This document shows positions 1 through 9,954 of a stretch of DNA of 64,000 nt, piece after piece. The stretch lies in assembly GCA_963801355.1 (NCBI GenBank), contig CAWDEM010000004.1:704001-768000 (forward strand), written 5' to 3'. A program made the position numbers and the translations under genes. The notes below the pieces were generated by a model. That model made no database searches, was not told the DNA's origin, and was given only the letters and a program-made list of their open reading frames with translations. Each line of letters opens with the position of its first letter. The stretch's first letter is position 1. The stretch comes from Ignavibacteriota bacterium (GTDB taxonomy: Bacteria > Bacteroidota > Ignavibacteria > UBA10030 > UBA6906).

Positions 1-1
1 G

Positions 2-334
2 GCGACCATGCGCCGGCGGCGAAGCGGCATCATGATGGCCCGCGGGGATCTAGCCGTGGAGTACGGCTGGGAGCGCCTTGCAGACCTCGAAGCCGTCCTC
101 CTGGCCATGTGCCGTGCCGCCCGGCTTCCGTTCGTCGTCGCCACAGAGATTTTGGAGACGATGAACAAAAGGGGTGTCCCCTCGAGAGCGGAAATGATCG
201 ATGCCGCCGTGGCTTCGCACGCTCAGGGGGTACTGCTCAACAAAGGTCCACATCTTGTTGCGACGACCCGCATGCTGGGCAGAATCCTGCGCACAGCATC
301 CGGACGGAAACGCGGCTACTTCTTCTTCAGCTGA
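2..334 (+). CDS. pyk: Pyruvate kinase family protein, 3' part (5' end lies outside the window)
   Basis: [31 protein letters not shown] and LLNKGPH match the PK barrel C-terminal motifs; the frame is open from the window edge. Confidence 0.85.
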   Translation, partial: ATMRRRRSGIMMARGDLAVEYGWERLADLEAVLLAMCRAARLPFVVATEILETMNKRGVPSRAEMIDAAVASHAQGVLLNKGPHLVATTRMLGRILRTASGRKRGYFFFS

Positions 335-1062
335 TCGGCCACAGCCTTGGCCGCGGCCTCGATGGCCGCCGTGTCACCGAGATAGTAGTGCGCGATGGGC
401 TTCAACGAGTCGTCCAGCTCGTACACAAGCGGGATTCCCGTCGGGATATTCAACTCCACGATTTCCGCTTCGGGTATGTTGTCCAGGTACTTCACCAGTG
501 CGCGCAGGCTGTTGCCATGTGCTGCGATGAGAACACGCTTGCCGCTCTTGACGGTCGGGGCAATGGTGTCGTGCCAGAGGGGGAGAAATCGTGCGACGGT
601 GTCTTTGAGGGATTCCGTCAGCGGAAGGTCCGCCGCACCCAGTGACGCATAGCGCGGATCCCGGCCGGGATAGCGGGGATCAGTCTGCGTCAATGCAGGC
701 GGCGGCACGTCATAGCTGCGTCGCCAGATTTTCACCTGATCCATACCGTGCTTTTCAGCGGTTTCCGCCTTGTTCAATCCCTGCAGTGCTCCATAATGGC
801 GTTCGTTGAGCCGCCAGTGATTGTACACCGGGATGTACATTTGATCCAGCTCTTCAAGGGCGACCCAGAGAGTCTTGATGGCGCGTGAGAGAACAGAGGT
901 GTAGGCAAGGTCGAACAGATATCCTTCCTTCTTGAGGGTCTTGCCGGCATCATGTGCTTCCCTGAGCCCTTTGTCGCTTAACCCGACATCCGTCCAGCCT
1001 GTGAACCGGTTCTCCTTATTCCATGTACTCTCGCCGTGGCGCAACAGCACGATTTTTTTCAT
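316..1062 (-). CDS. gpmA: 2,3-bisphosphoglycerate-dependent phosphoglycerate mutase
   Basis: [35 protein letters not shown] and LNIPTG motifs; 248 aa. Confidence 0.97.
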   Translation of the reverse strand: MKKIVLLRHGESTWNKENRFTGWTDVGLSDKGLREAHDAGKTLKKEGYLFDLAYTSVLSRAIKTLWVALEELDQMYIPVYNHWRLNERHYGALQGLNKAETAEKHGMDQVKIWRRSYDVPPPALTQTDPRYPGRDPRYASLGAADLPLTESLKDTVARFLPLWHDTIAPTVKSGKRVLIAAHGNSLRALVKYLDNIPEAEIVELNIPTGIPLVYELDDSLKPIAHYYLGDTAAIEAAAKAVADQLKKK

Positions 1063-1171
1063 AGTGTTCGCTTCCTCATGATCAATGTGAACGGATGGAG
1101 CTCGATGAACTCTCCTAAAGTACGAGATTTTTGCCGGTTCTGCAAAGGATCGATCCGGGAAGAGAAAGTAT

Positions 1172-1199
1172 TTGCATATTCGAAGAATCCGCCTATCTT
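1172..1199 (+). promoter_or_regulatory. Putative sigma70 promoter for galM
   Basis: TTGCAT-N16-TATCTT about 50 nt upstream of the start. Confidence 0.4.
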
Positions 1200-1248
1200 G
1201 AATCCACCGAGGGAGCAGTACTCCTATCCCCCATCGTAAGGAATTCCG

Positions 1249-2391
1249 ATGATGAGATGCTTCGAAAGGTATACCATGGCGATGATCCTCAGCCTCAGCG
1301 CGGTCTTCGGGTCGGGTTGCGGCCCCGGTGACACGAAGATCTCCCGGCAGCCATTTGGCGAGACACGGGATGGCAAGAACGTGGAGCTCTTCACGCTTCG
1401 CAACAGGAATGGTATGGAAGCCAAGATCACAAACTATGGTGGCATTGTCGTCTCGCTTCTTGTACCCGACCGCAATGGCACCATGGGTGATGTCGTGCTG
1501 GGCTATGACAAGCTCGACAGCTACATCGCCGATAATCCGTATTTCGGTGCATTAATAGGGCGCTACGGCAATCGCATCAGCAAGGGTCAGTTCACCCTGG
1601 ACGGGGTGGCCTATCGCCTGGCCGTCAACGACGGTGAGAACCATCTCCACGGGGGTCTGAAGGGGTTCGACAAGGTCGTGTGGGATGCAGCGGAAACCGA
1701 ATCCAGGGAAGGTCCTGCGCTGCACCTCAAGTACGTGAGTCCGGACGGAGAAGAAGGATATCCCGGAACGCTTCTCGTTGATGTGATCTACACGCTCACA
1801 GACTCCAACGAGCTCAAGATTGTCTACAGCGCCGTGAGTGACAAGCCGACCGTGGCAAATCTTACGCACCACTCCTATTTCAATCTGGCCGGGGAAGGAA
1901 GCGGCACGATTCTGGATCATGTGTTGACAATTGATGCGGACCTCTTCACTCCTGTAGATCCCGGGTTGATTCCCACAGGAGAACTGAGGTCCGTAGAAGG
2001 CACGCCGCTGGATTTCCGGAAGCCGACCCGTATCGGAGAGAGGATTGGCGCCGATGATGAACAGTTGAAGCTGGGCGGCGGGTACGACCACAACTGGGTG
2101 CTGAACAAATCCACAAATGCGCTCACGCAGGCCGCACGTGTGGAGGATCGGTCCACCGGGCGCATCATGGAAGTATTGACGACGGAGCCCGCCCTGCAAT
2201 TCTATTCGGGGAACTTTCTCACCGGGAAGCATATCGGCAAGAAAGGCCACCCGTATGTGTACCGCTCGGGCTTCTGCCTGGAAACGCAGCATTACCCCGA
2301 TTCGCCAAACAGACAGGAGTTTCCATCGACAGTACTTGATGCCGGGAAGAAATACTCTTCCACGACGGTCTATAGATTTTCCCATGAGTGA
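1249..2391 (+). CDS. galM: Aldose 1-epimerase (galactose mutarotase), probable lipoprotein
   Basis: [29 protein letters not shown] and [10 protein letters not shown] motifs; hydrophobic N-terminus ending VFGSGC. Confidence 0.95.
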   Translation: MMRCFERYTMAMILSLSAVFGSGCGPGDTKISRQPFGETRDGKNVELFTLRNRNGMEAKITNYGGIVVSLLVPDRNGTMGDVVLGYDKLDSYIADNPYFGALIGRYGNRISKGQFTLDGVAYRLAVNDGENHLHGGLKGFDKVVWDAAETESREGPALHLKYVSPDGEEGYPGTLLVDVIYTLTDSNELKIVYSAVSDKPTVANLTHHSYFNLAGEGSGTILDHVLTIDADLFTPVDPGLIPTGELRSVEGTPLDFRKPTRIGERIGADDEQLKLGGGYDHNWVLNKSTNALTQAARVEDRSTGRIMEVLTTEPALQFYSGNFLTGKHIGKKGHPYVYRSGFCLETQHYPDSPNRQEFPSTVLDAGKKYSSTTVYRFSHE

Positions 2392-2422
2392 ATTCTGCAG
2401 TCCACATTCCGGAGGCAAGGCG

Positions 2423-3151
2423 ATGAAAATGCATTGTGGCGTGTGGCTTCTGGTCCTGGCGCTGCTGGTCGGGACTTCTGACATGACGGCGCAATCGAAG
2501 AAGAGCGACAAAGAAAAGAAGGCGAAGACAACAGCGACGAAAGTGAAGGAAACAAAAAAGAAGAAAGACGCCACAAAAGAGTCAAAGAAAGAAGCGAAAA
2601 AAGAATCCGCGAAAGCATCCAAGAAAGACTCAAAGAAAGAATCGGCAAAAGAATCGGTAAAAGAATCCAAGAAAGACACAAAGAAAGAATCGACAAAAGA
2701 ATCCAAGAAAGAAGCAAAGAAGGATTTGAAGAAAGACGTAACAAAGGCGAAAGAGCAGACGAAAGCGAAGGCCAAGACCGACGCAGCGAAGACCAAGACC
2801 GACGCGGAGAAGACGCCCGTCGAGAAGCGGGCAAAGAAGGAACGTGTCACAAAGGAAGAAAACGCACCGAAGGAGCAGAAGCAACGGGAAGAACCTGCAC
2901 TGGAACCAAAGAACGACGAACGGGATGAAATCGTCGGCAAGACCGCGGATGGGAAGAGTGTGTATGCAGGGTCCCGGGGAGGGCACTACTACATAGGGGA
3001 GAGCGGCAACAAGACGTACGTAAAAGAGTTTGTAGGAGCGAAGATCATCGGGAAGACCAAAGATGGCAGCCCCATTTACGAAGGACCGCGGGGCGGCCAT
3101 TATTACTACAACTCGAACGGCAACAAGACGTACGTGCCCAGAGACAAGTAG
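2423..3151 (+). CDS. Secreted Lys/Glu-rich repeat protein with two C-terminal PBCV basic-adaptor-like modules
   Basis: GGAGG at 2411 before ATG 2423; signal peptide; KKES/KKEA/KKDT repeats; two G(S/P)RGGHYY-x3-GNKTYV modules. Confidence 0.75.
   Translation: MKMHCGVWLLVLALLVGTSDMTAQSKKSDKEKKAKTTATKVKETKKKKDATKESKKEAKKESAKASKKDSKKESAKESVKESKKDTKKESTKESKKEAKKDLKKDVTKAKEQTKAKAKTDAAKTKTDAEKTPVEKRAKKERVTKEENAPKEQKQREEPALEPKNDERDEIVGKTADGKSVYAGSRGGHYYIGESGNKTYVKEFVGAKIIGKTKDGSPIYEGPRGGHYYYNSNGNKTYVPRDK
2498..2810 (+). repeat. Degenerate 12-nt (4-codon) A-rich coding tandem repeat
   Basis: Recurrent AAGAAAGAATC/AAAGAATCG/AAGAAAGAC units encoding KKES-type tetrapeptides. Confidence 0.75.
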
Positions 3152-3167
3152 ACAACGCGGTTGTCGA

Positions 3168-3213
3168 GCGACGCAGACCGGTCATGGTGCCCGGTCTGCG
3201 TCGCGCCTGTTTT
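3168..3213. terminator. Hairpin between convergent genes, likely terminator
   Basis: 14-bp stem GCGACGCAGACCGG / CCGGTCTGCGTCGC, then GCCTGTTTT. Confidence 0.65.
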
Positions 3214-3219
3214 GAGGGG

Positions 3220-3705
3220 CTACTTCTGGTAGAGCATGTACACCGACAATAGCCAGGGGATGATGCTGGAATACCAGGCCATCTGTGCGCGCTGTATCCA
3301 GCGGAATTTCTGTGTCGCAATTGTCGCGGTGCGATAGCACTGTTCCGTGAGGTCTTCGAGATACTCCTCGTCATTGATCGTCTTGACGCGCTCTGCAAAA
3401 GTACCGCTGGTAACTGCAGATATTGATCCGAAGAAGACAATGGATCGGGCGGGTCGTGAAGTGCGTGGGAGAGAACTGAGCGAAAGAAAGAGAAGGCTGA
3501 GCAGCAAGCCGAGCGCTGCGAGGGTGACAAGACCCACCACCCACGCCTGCACGACTTCCTGGCGCGTGACAAGAGCAGCCAGCAGTGCAAGCATCGTGGT
3601 GTTCATTCCGATGAGCGTGGCGACTTTGGTGTCCGCCCCGTTGTTTGTAACAATGAGACGGAACAGTGACACTTCCATGAATCTGTTGCGTTCAGGTGTA
3701 TCCAT
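3220..3705 (-). CDS. Pycsar effector family (PycTM/DUF5706-like) membrane protein
   Basis: ADTKVATL, two TM helices, LPR...SIVFFGSI, DLTEQ...IATQKFRWI and a C-terminal TM; GGAG before ATG 3705. Confidence 0.8.
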   Translation of the reverse strand: MDTPERNRFMEVSLFRLIVTNNGADTKVATLIGMNTTMLALLAALVTRQEVVQAWVVGLVTLAALGLLLSLLFLSLSSLPRTSRPARSIVFFGSISAVTSGTFAERVKTINDEEYLEDLTEQCYRTATIATQKFRWIQRAQMAWYSSIIPWLLSVYMLYQK

Positions 3706-3972
3706 GATCACTCCACGAGATGAATTACGGTGCCAACTTACTCGCCCGCGGGGGTGTGGATCTCCCCCGTAGTCTTTTCATAATAAGAAGCAGTTCAGAG
3801 AGAAGCAATCCGGCTGTTGATACTCATCGATTTTGGATATATTGTCAGTGACAGCAGAGCTCGCAGAGACCGTTCATCCCGGCCACGCGTGCTTCGCGGA
3901 TGAGCCCTCAGTGCAATGAGTTCAGCTCAATCGCTCCTGTGTGAAGTATGTGTACGTTCAGGACAACCGACC

Positions 3973-5178
3973 ATGCAGACATCCTTTGCATCCCGCATGA
4001 GCATCCTCCGGGCTTCCGATATCCGCGAGATTCTCAAAGTGACCCTGAACCCCGACATGATATCGTTCGCCGGAGGCTTGCCTGCCCCGGAGTTGTTCCC
4101 CAATCTTGCGATCGCCCGGATTGCCGAAGAGATCCTCCGCACGCGGGCACGCGTGGCGCTGCAGTATTCTCCCACTGAAGGGATTCAGCCGCTGCGCGAA
4201 CAGATCGCGAGCCGCATGAACACCCTCTGGTCAACACACTTCGGTGCCGAGGATATACTTGTAACAACCGGATCGCAGCAGGGATTGGACCTCATCGCCA
4301 AACTCTGGATAGACGAGGGTGATGCCGTGATCTGCGAAAGCCCGACATATCTCGGGGCGGTCATGGCATTCAATGTCTTCAAGCCCCGCTGGGTCGAAGT
4401 GGCAACTGACGCGGACGGGATGGACCTCGCAGCCCTTGAACATGCGCTGCGGACCGGGGAACGGGTAAAGATGATCTATGTCGTGCCGAACTACCAGAAT
4501 CCCACGGGACGTACATGGTCATTTGAACGCCGCCGGGGTTTGCTGGCACTGGCACAACGCTATAGCGTGCCGATTATCGAAGACAACCCCTACGGCGAAT
4601 TGACGTTCGAAGGAGAGCCCCCCCGGGCGATCCAGGCCATGGACAACGAAGGATTAGTCCTCACCCTCGGAACATTCTCCAAGATCTTCTGTCCGGGGCT
4701 TCGCATCGGATGGATTGCCGCCTGCAGGCCCATTCTGGACAAGCTTGTCGTGCTGAAACAGGCGGCCGATTTGCACTCTTCCACACTCGACCAAATGATT
4801 GCTTCGGCGTACTTGCAGACATACGATATCGAAAAAGATCTCGTCCAAAAGCGGGAAGTCTACCGCAAACGAAGAGATGCAATGCTGGCAGCCCTGGAGA
4901 CCGAGATGCCTCCGGGCGTCACCGTCACGCACCCGAAGGGCGGGCTCTTTCTCTGGCTTGAATTGCCGGAAGCGGTGGATGCCCGCCGGCTCCTCCGCAT
5001 CTCCCTCGACCGGGGAGTGGCATTCGTTCCCGGTGAGTCCTTCTTCCCGAACACGCAGCGTAAGAACACCCTGCGCTTGAATTTCTCCAACATGCCCGAG
5101 CAGAGGATTGCTGAAGGGATTAGCCGCCTCGGAACTGCAATGAAAGAAATGCTCGCGCAGGCTGCTGTCGCCGAATAA
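3973..5178 (+). CDS. PLP-dependent aminotransferase class I/II (LysN/ARO8-like)
   Basis: ISFAGGLP, TTGSQQGLD, NYQNPTG, IEDNPY and GTFSKIFCPGLRIGW (PLP lysine). Confidence 0.92.
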   Translation: MQTSFASRMSILRASDIREILKVTLNPDMISFAGGLPAPELFPNLAIARIAEEILRTRARVALQYSPTEGIQPLREQIASRMNTLWSTHFGAEDILVTTGSQQGLDLIAKLWIDEGDAVICESPTYLGAVMAFNVFKPRWVEVATDADGMDLAALEHALRTGERVKMIYVVPNYQNPTGRTWSFERRRGLLALAQRYSVPIIEDNPYGELTFEGEPPRAIQAMDNEGLVLTLGTFSKIFCPGLRIGWIAACRPILDKLVVLKQAADLHSSTLDQMIASAYLQTYDIEKDLVQKREVYRKRRDAMLAALETEMPPGVTVTHPKGGLFLWLELPEAVDARRLLRISLDRGVAFVPGESFFPNTQRKNTLRLNFSNMPEQRIAEGISRLGTAMKEMLAQAAVAE

Positions 5179-5198
5179 CCAGATCTTCCCCTGGATTC

Positions 5199-5228
5199 GC
5201 CTGCCTCCATCATCCCGGGGAGGCAGGC
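5199..5228. terminator. Hairpin between convergent genes
   Basis: 10-bp stem GCCTGCCTCC / GGAGGCAGGC; no clear U tract. Confidence 0.45.
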
Positions 5229-5232
5229 AGGT

Positions 5233-6519
5233 TCACGCACCCGCCGTCTCCCGCCGCCCCTTCCAAAAGTCGATCCCCAGCGCCACGAGAACGGGTATGT
5301 ATTCTCCTGCCATTGCAAGCGGATGCTGTTCCCATACACCCACGGACCTGTACTCCATGACCGTGAAGACCGTGAGACTCACCGTGGCCGCGAGAATCAC
5401 TCCTGACCACTGACGCACAAGCGGCAGGAAGAGCACCAACCAGCATACGTACCAGGGATGGACGACGGGCGAGAACAGCAGGAGTGCCAGCGTGGCGAGA
5501 TACATTTTCCTGATCTGGCTCCCCCGCATCCGCAGGAGCACCAGAAGGGAGATCACAAGACATCCCGCACAGAGAAGACGCGAGGGGAGGTTGTCGGCGA
5601 GAAACAGATTCGCCACCTCGAAGGCAACACCGTTGAAGGTCCAGTGCCGGCTGAATGTGAGCAGTCCTTCAAACGGATTTGATGACGGGAGGTACGGGAG
5701 AAACTGCAGCACGAAAGGAACAAACGGCAGTGTCAGGATCCATGCTCTCGCTGAGGTGTTCCTCGCGCCGAGGACAAAGAAGGGCAGGAGCAGCAATCCG
5801 ACGGGTTTGATCGCGAGGCTTAAGCCGAGCAGAACCATGGCCCGGCCTTGTTTCTGAGAAAGGTAATAGAGCAGCGCGAACGCAAGGAGGGGGAGGCCCA
5901 GTCCATCAAGGTGCGCGTCAAATGCAAACTGCATGATCGGGAGTGGGCAGAGAGCATAGAGCAACGTGCGTACGGGCGGCATATCCAGGAGTTTCGCAAG
6001 GCGCCACAACGCCGTGATCGTCAGGGTCTCGGCGATAAGCAGGAAAAGTTTGAACCCCCACACCGCTTCGGCTGCAAGCTGGTAACTCAGATAAAATATC
6101 CACTCGCTGAGCGGAAAATAGACTGATTTCATCTCCGGATGATTCACGGCGGCCGGGAGCAGGTCTGACCTGAGAACTGCCAGCTCCTGAGCATCTGGGG
6201 AATAGAGGTAGGGGTTGATGCCAGCTGCCTGCACCTTACCGTCCCAGAGGTAGCGGAAGACATCGTCCGAACCCACCGGCATGGCGAAGAGGAACGTTGC
6301 GCGGAGCAGGAGAGCGATGCCCAGGAGACCCAGCACGGTGCTTTCGGGGAGCTCTGCGTGCTGCACTTCAATGGCGAGCCAGATATAGACGGATGAAGAG
6401 AAGAGAAAGATCGCCGCATAACAACCAATGCCGTAGACGCCGCACACATGAAGTGCAATCAGGGTTCCCACGATGATGCCGGCGGGAAGCAGCACTCTGG
6501 TATGTGATGCCGTGGGCAT
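5233..6519 (-). CDS. GT-C fold membrane glycosyltransferase (GT87/DUF2029-like)
   Basis: SDDVFRYLWDG...GINPY, HLDG, LAIKP and VHPWY motifs; many TM helices; start uncertain. Confidence 0.75.
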   Translation of the reverse strand: MPTASHTRVLLPAGIIVGTLIALHVCGVYGIGCYAAIFLFSSSVYIWLAIEVQHAELPESTVLGLLGIALLLRATFLFAMPVGSDDVFRYLWDGKVQAAGINPYLYSPDAQELAVLRSDLLPAAVNHPEMKSVYFPLSEWIFYLSYQLAAEAVWGFKLFLLIAETLTITALWRLAKLLDMPPVRTLLYALCPLPIMQFAFDAHLDGLGLPLLAFALLYYLSQKQGRAMVLLGLSLAIKPVGLLLLPFFVLGARNTSARAWILTLPFVPFVLQFLPYLPSSNPFEGLLTFSRHWTFNGVAFEVANLFLADNLPSRLLCAGCLVISLLVLLRMRGSQIRKMYLATLALLLFSPVVHPWYVCWLVLFLPLVRQWSGVILAATVSLTVFTVMEYRSVGVWEQHPLAMAGEYIPVLVALGIDFWKGRRETAGA

Positions 6520-6681
6520 GGTGTGGACACCGGATGAGTCTTCCCACATAATACCTCGGCCTGCGGACAAATGCAAAGGACCGGGACTTGGTTCCGATGG
6601 TTGGTTGTATGCTACTCTGTTTCTTCGCATATTTAATATCTATTTCTTCTTGCGCACGAACGGGGGTAAGGAAGAAGGCAT

Positions 6682-8520
6682 ATGCAGCTCAGGAATGACA
6701 TCCGGAATATCGCAATTATTGCGCACGTCGACCACGGGAAGACCACGCTTGTGGATCACATGCTGCGCCAGACCGGCACATTCCGGTCGAACCAGCAGCT
6801 GATCACGCGCGTCATGGACTCCAATGATCTGGAACGGGAGCGTGGCATCACCATTCTGGCCAAAAATACGTCCGTCCATTACAGTGGGGTGAAGATCAAC
6901 ATCGTTGACACTCCCGGACATACTGATTTCGGCGGGGAAGTGGAGCGCACCCTCACCATGGTTGACGGCGTCCTCCTGCTTGTCGATGCTGCGGAGGGTC
7001 CGCTGCCGGGAACGAAGTTCGTTCTCAAGAAATCGCTCGATCTTCACCTCAAGCCTCTCGTGGTCATCAACAAGATCGACAGGAAGGACGCACGTGCACA
7101 CGAGGTCCTGGACGAGGTGTTTGAGCTTTTTCTTTCCCTTGGCGCAAATGATGAGCAGATTGACTTCCCGACCATTTACTGCATCGCCAAGCAAGGCATA
7201 GCGAAGAAGGAGTTGGATCAGGAGAGTACCAACCTCATGCCCTTGCTGGATGCGATCATTACGCACGTTCCGCCTCCGCCGGGCGACACCGTGTCCCCTT
7301 TCCAGATGCTTGTCACCACGATCGACTACAGTGATTACCTCGGGCGTCTGGGAATCGGCAGGGTGCATCGTGGCACGATTCATCTCGGCTCTTCAATGAA
7401 GATCATTCATCGCGACGGGGTGGTCGATGACGCGCGTGTCACGAAAGTCTACACGTTTGAGGGGCTGAAGCGTGTCGAGGTGGAACAGGCCGGTGCCGGA
7501 GACATTATTGCCCTGGCGGGGATGGAGGACGTGGACATCGGCGAGACCATCGCTGATCAGTCGGACCCCACGGCGCTGCCCTTCGTGGCCATTGAAGAGC
7601 CGACGCTTTCCATGAACTTTGTCGTGAACAACTCCCCCTTCGCAGGGCTGGACGGGAAGTACGTCACGACGCGGCATTTGAGCGAGCGGCTGATCAAGGA
7701 ACTTCGCTCCAACGTCAGTTTACGCATCGAACTCACCGACTCTCCGGACACATTCAAGGTGAGCGGCAGGGGGGAGCTGCACCTGGCGATTCTGATCGAG
7801 ACGATGCGCCGTGAGGGATACGAATTTCAGGTTTCCCGGCCCGAGGTGATATACAAGCGGATCGACGACGTGCTCTGCGAACCGATGGAACACGTGATTA
7901 TTGATGTACCGGATGAATTTGTGGGCATCACGATTGAGAACCTCGGACGGCGCCGGGGCGAACTGAGGAACATGTTGAGCAGCAGCGGAAACACGCGCCT
8001 TGAATTCGTCGTACCCGCGCGGGGATTGATCGGGTTCCGGGGTGAGTTCCTGACGCAAACCAAGGGCACAGGCCTCCTCCATCATAATTTCCACGGGTAT
8101 GAGCCGTATAAGGGGGACCTGGTGCACCGCACGAAAGGCGCGCTGGTGTCCATGGAGGCCGGGGAGGCGGTTGCCTACGGGATGTGGAAGCTCCAGGAAC
8201 GGTCTGTGTTCTTTATCGCGCCGGGCACGAAAGTGTACGTAGGGATGGTCGTGGGGGAGAATGCCCGGGAACATGACATGACCGTCAACGTCTGCAAGAC
8301 GAAACAGCTGACCAACATGCGTGCATCCGGTTCCGACGAGGCGGTCCGCCTTGAGCCGCCGCACATTCATACCCTGGAACAGGCCATCGAATGGATCGGC
8401 GACGATGAGCTTGTGGAAGTGACGCCGCGATCCATCAGAATTCGCAAGAAGCACCTGGATGCCGACGTCCGGAGACGGATGTCAAAGAAAGCCGTTGAGG
8501 CCGACGAATCCGCAGGGTGA
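6682..8520 (+). CDS. typA: Translational GTPase TypA/BipA
   Basis: [36 protein letters not shown] and [10 protein letters not shown]; 612 aa. Confidence 0.98.
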   Translation: MQLRNDIRNIAIIAHVDHGKTTLVDHMLRQTGTFRSNQQLITRVMDSNDLERERGITILAKNTSVHYSGVKINIVDTPGHTDFGGEVERTLTMVDGVLLLVDAAEGPLPGTKFVLKKSLDLHLKPLVVINKIDRKDARAHEVLDEVFELFLSLGANDEQIDFPTIYCIAKQGIAKKELDQESTNLMPLLDAIITHVPPPPGDTVSPFQMLVTTIDYSDYLGRLGIGRVHRGTIHLGSSMKIIHRDGVVDDARVTKVYTFEGLKRVEVEQAGAGDIIALAGMEDVDIGETIADQSDPTALPFVAIEEPTLSMNFVVNNSPFAGLDGKYVTTRHLSERLIKELRSNVSLRIELTDSPDTFKVSGRGELHLAILIETMRREGYEFQVSRPEVIYKRIDDVLCEPMEHVIIDVPDEFVGITIENLGRRRGELRNMLSSSGNTRLEFVVPARGLIGFRGEFLTQTKGTGLLHHNFHGYEPYKGDLVHRTKGALVSMEAGEAVAYGMWKLQERSVFFIAPGTKVYVGMVVGENAREHDMTVNVCKTKQLTNMRASGSDEAVRLEPPHIHTLEQAIEWIGDDELVEVTPRSIRIRKKHLDADVRRRMSKKAVEADESAG

Positions 8521-8548
8521 ATTGTCGCGCGAAGGGTCTCAAACAACG

Positions 8549-8577
8549 CAGCCCGGCTCATAAGAGCCGGGCTGTTG
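8549..8577. terminator. Hairpin terminator after typA, between convergent genes
   Basis: 11-bp stem CAGCCCGGCTC-ATAA-GAGCCGGGCTG. Confidence 0.7.
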
Positions 8578-8599
8578 AGTCAGGTACGTATCCGTGTTG

Positions 8600-9259
8600 T
8601 CAGAACGTAAGGCCTGCTGTTACAATGGGGACCAGTGTGACTGTTCCTTCCTCGAGGGGGATCCAATTGAACTTCATCTCGGCGAAGATGAAAGTGCCGC
8701 TGATATCAAAGTCAACTCCCACGCCCGCATTGTATGTGAAGACGGTCTGCTGCTTCAGGATCGTGACCGGCTTCATGTTGGCGCCGCTCAAGGCAAGGGT
8801 CACATCGGTGGCTTTCACGTTGCAGACGCCCACGCCGCCTGTGACATAGGGTTTCACCACCGGTAGCGGGAGCACAACGAGCTTCGCATTGGCGTTCCCC
8901 GAGATCATGTCTACTTTGCCACCTTCGACGTACGATACCGGCAAGGCGCCAAAACTTTGCTTAACGTAGGTCGAGAATTTGTCCTTGTCAGGCGAAACGG
9001 TGAGGTAGTCGCCCGAAATACGGAAGGTGATGACAGGAAGATTGATATCCAGATGAACGCCGCCGCCATATCCGAGGCCGTACACTTCGTCCAGTGCCAC
9101 CTGCAGCGTTCCGGAATTGGACTGGTCAATCTGCAAAAGTTGTTTCACCTTTGCATTTACGTCAGAATTGATCATATTACCGTGTACGCCAAACCCAATC
9201 GTCTGCGCCGAGGCTGAGAACGCGAAAAGCAGGGCACAAAAGAGTAGTAAGCGTTTCAT
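8600..9259 (-). CDS. Small outer-membrane beta-barrel protein (OMP_b-brl/PorT-like)
   Basis: AAGGAGG RBS; signal peptide MKRLLLFCALLFAFSASA; KPYVTGGVG and NAGVGVDF strands; terminal Phe. Confidence 0.75.
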   Translation of the reverse strand: MKRLLLFCALLFAFSASAQTIGFGVHGNMINSDVNAKVKQLLQIDQSNSGTLQVALDEVYGLGYGGGVHLDINLPVITFRISGDYLTVSPDKDKFSTYVKQSFGALPVSYVEGGKVDMISGNANAKLVVLPLPVVKPYVTGGVGVCNVKATDVTLALSGANMKPVTILKQQTVFTYNAGVGVDFDISGTFIFAEMKFNWIPLEEGTVTLVPIVTAGLTF

Positions 9260-9417
9260 AGTCCCTCCTTGGGTAGTTATAGTCGTCTTAATGTCCATCG
9301 AACGTTTGTGAGTGTTGCCCTGGGGGTATCCTCTACGAATCTATGCTGTTGGCGGCACATTAGCAAGTTCAATCAAGCCATTTTTCTGTAGTGTCTTTCC
9401 GTTTTACAGAGGTTACC

Positions 9418-9954
9418 ATGACAAACGGTCGTTTTTTGCTGGCATTGCTGGTTATTCTCATGGGGGTCGTCCCAGGATGTGACCAGGGAATGGGCCCCAT
9501 CACCGAAGAGACCGGCTTTAGCGGCATCATATTCTACAAGAACTGGCCCCCTCCTGAGAACATCCTGGAACTCCGCCTTGTGGCACTTGAAGAATATCCG
9601 GCAGACAGCACCGGTCTCATTCAGGCCCTTTTTGCAATGCGGGCGGCGATCTACCCTCACATTACCACGGGAGTCCTGCCGGCGCTGCAAATCCTCGGCA
9701 ACAAATCCGCGGACACGGTGCACTACACCTTCACCAAGGAGGGGACGATACTGAAGGAGGTCACCTACAATTATGTGGTTCTGGCCTGGCGGTACGGGCC
9801 GGACTATTTCGCCGACTGGGCTCCCGCCGGTGTGTTCACGCTCACGCCCGGGACTTTTGATCCGGCGCCGGTGATTGTGCGCGCCCACCGCATGCGGAAA
9901 GATGTCAACATCTCCGTCGACTTCAACAACCTTCCCCCGAAACCATGGCGATGA
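9418..9954 (+). CDS. Hypothetical lipoprotein coupled to the TonB receptor
   Basis: Lipobox VVPGC; ATGA overlap with the next gene. Confidence 0.7.
   Translation: MTNGRFLLALLVILMGVVPGCDQGMGPITEETGFSGIIFYKNWPPPENILELRLVALEEYPADSTGLIQALFAMRAAIYPHITTGVLPALQILGNKSADTVHYTFTKEGTILKEVTYNYVVLAWRYGPDYFADWAPAGVFTLTPGTFDPAPVIVRAHRMRKDVNISVDFNNLPPKPWR

Noticed and set aside
1552-2940. 462-aa antisense ORF rich in Phe and Ser
   Set aside because: Mirror of the A-rich Lys/Glu repeat and of galM; stop codons are scarce for compositional reasons
9299-9417. Cobalamin or TPP riboswitch before the BtuB-like receptor
   Set aside because: No B12 box or TPP core motif; the region is short
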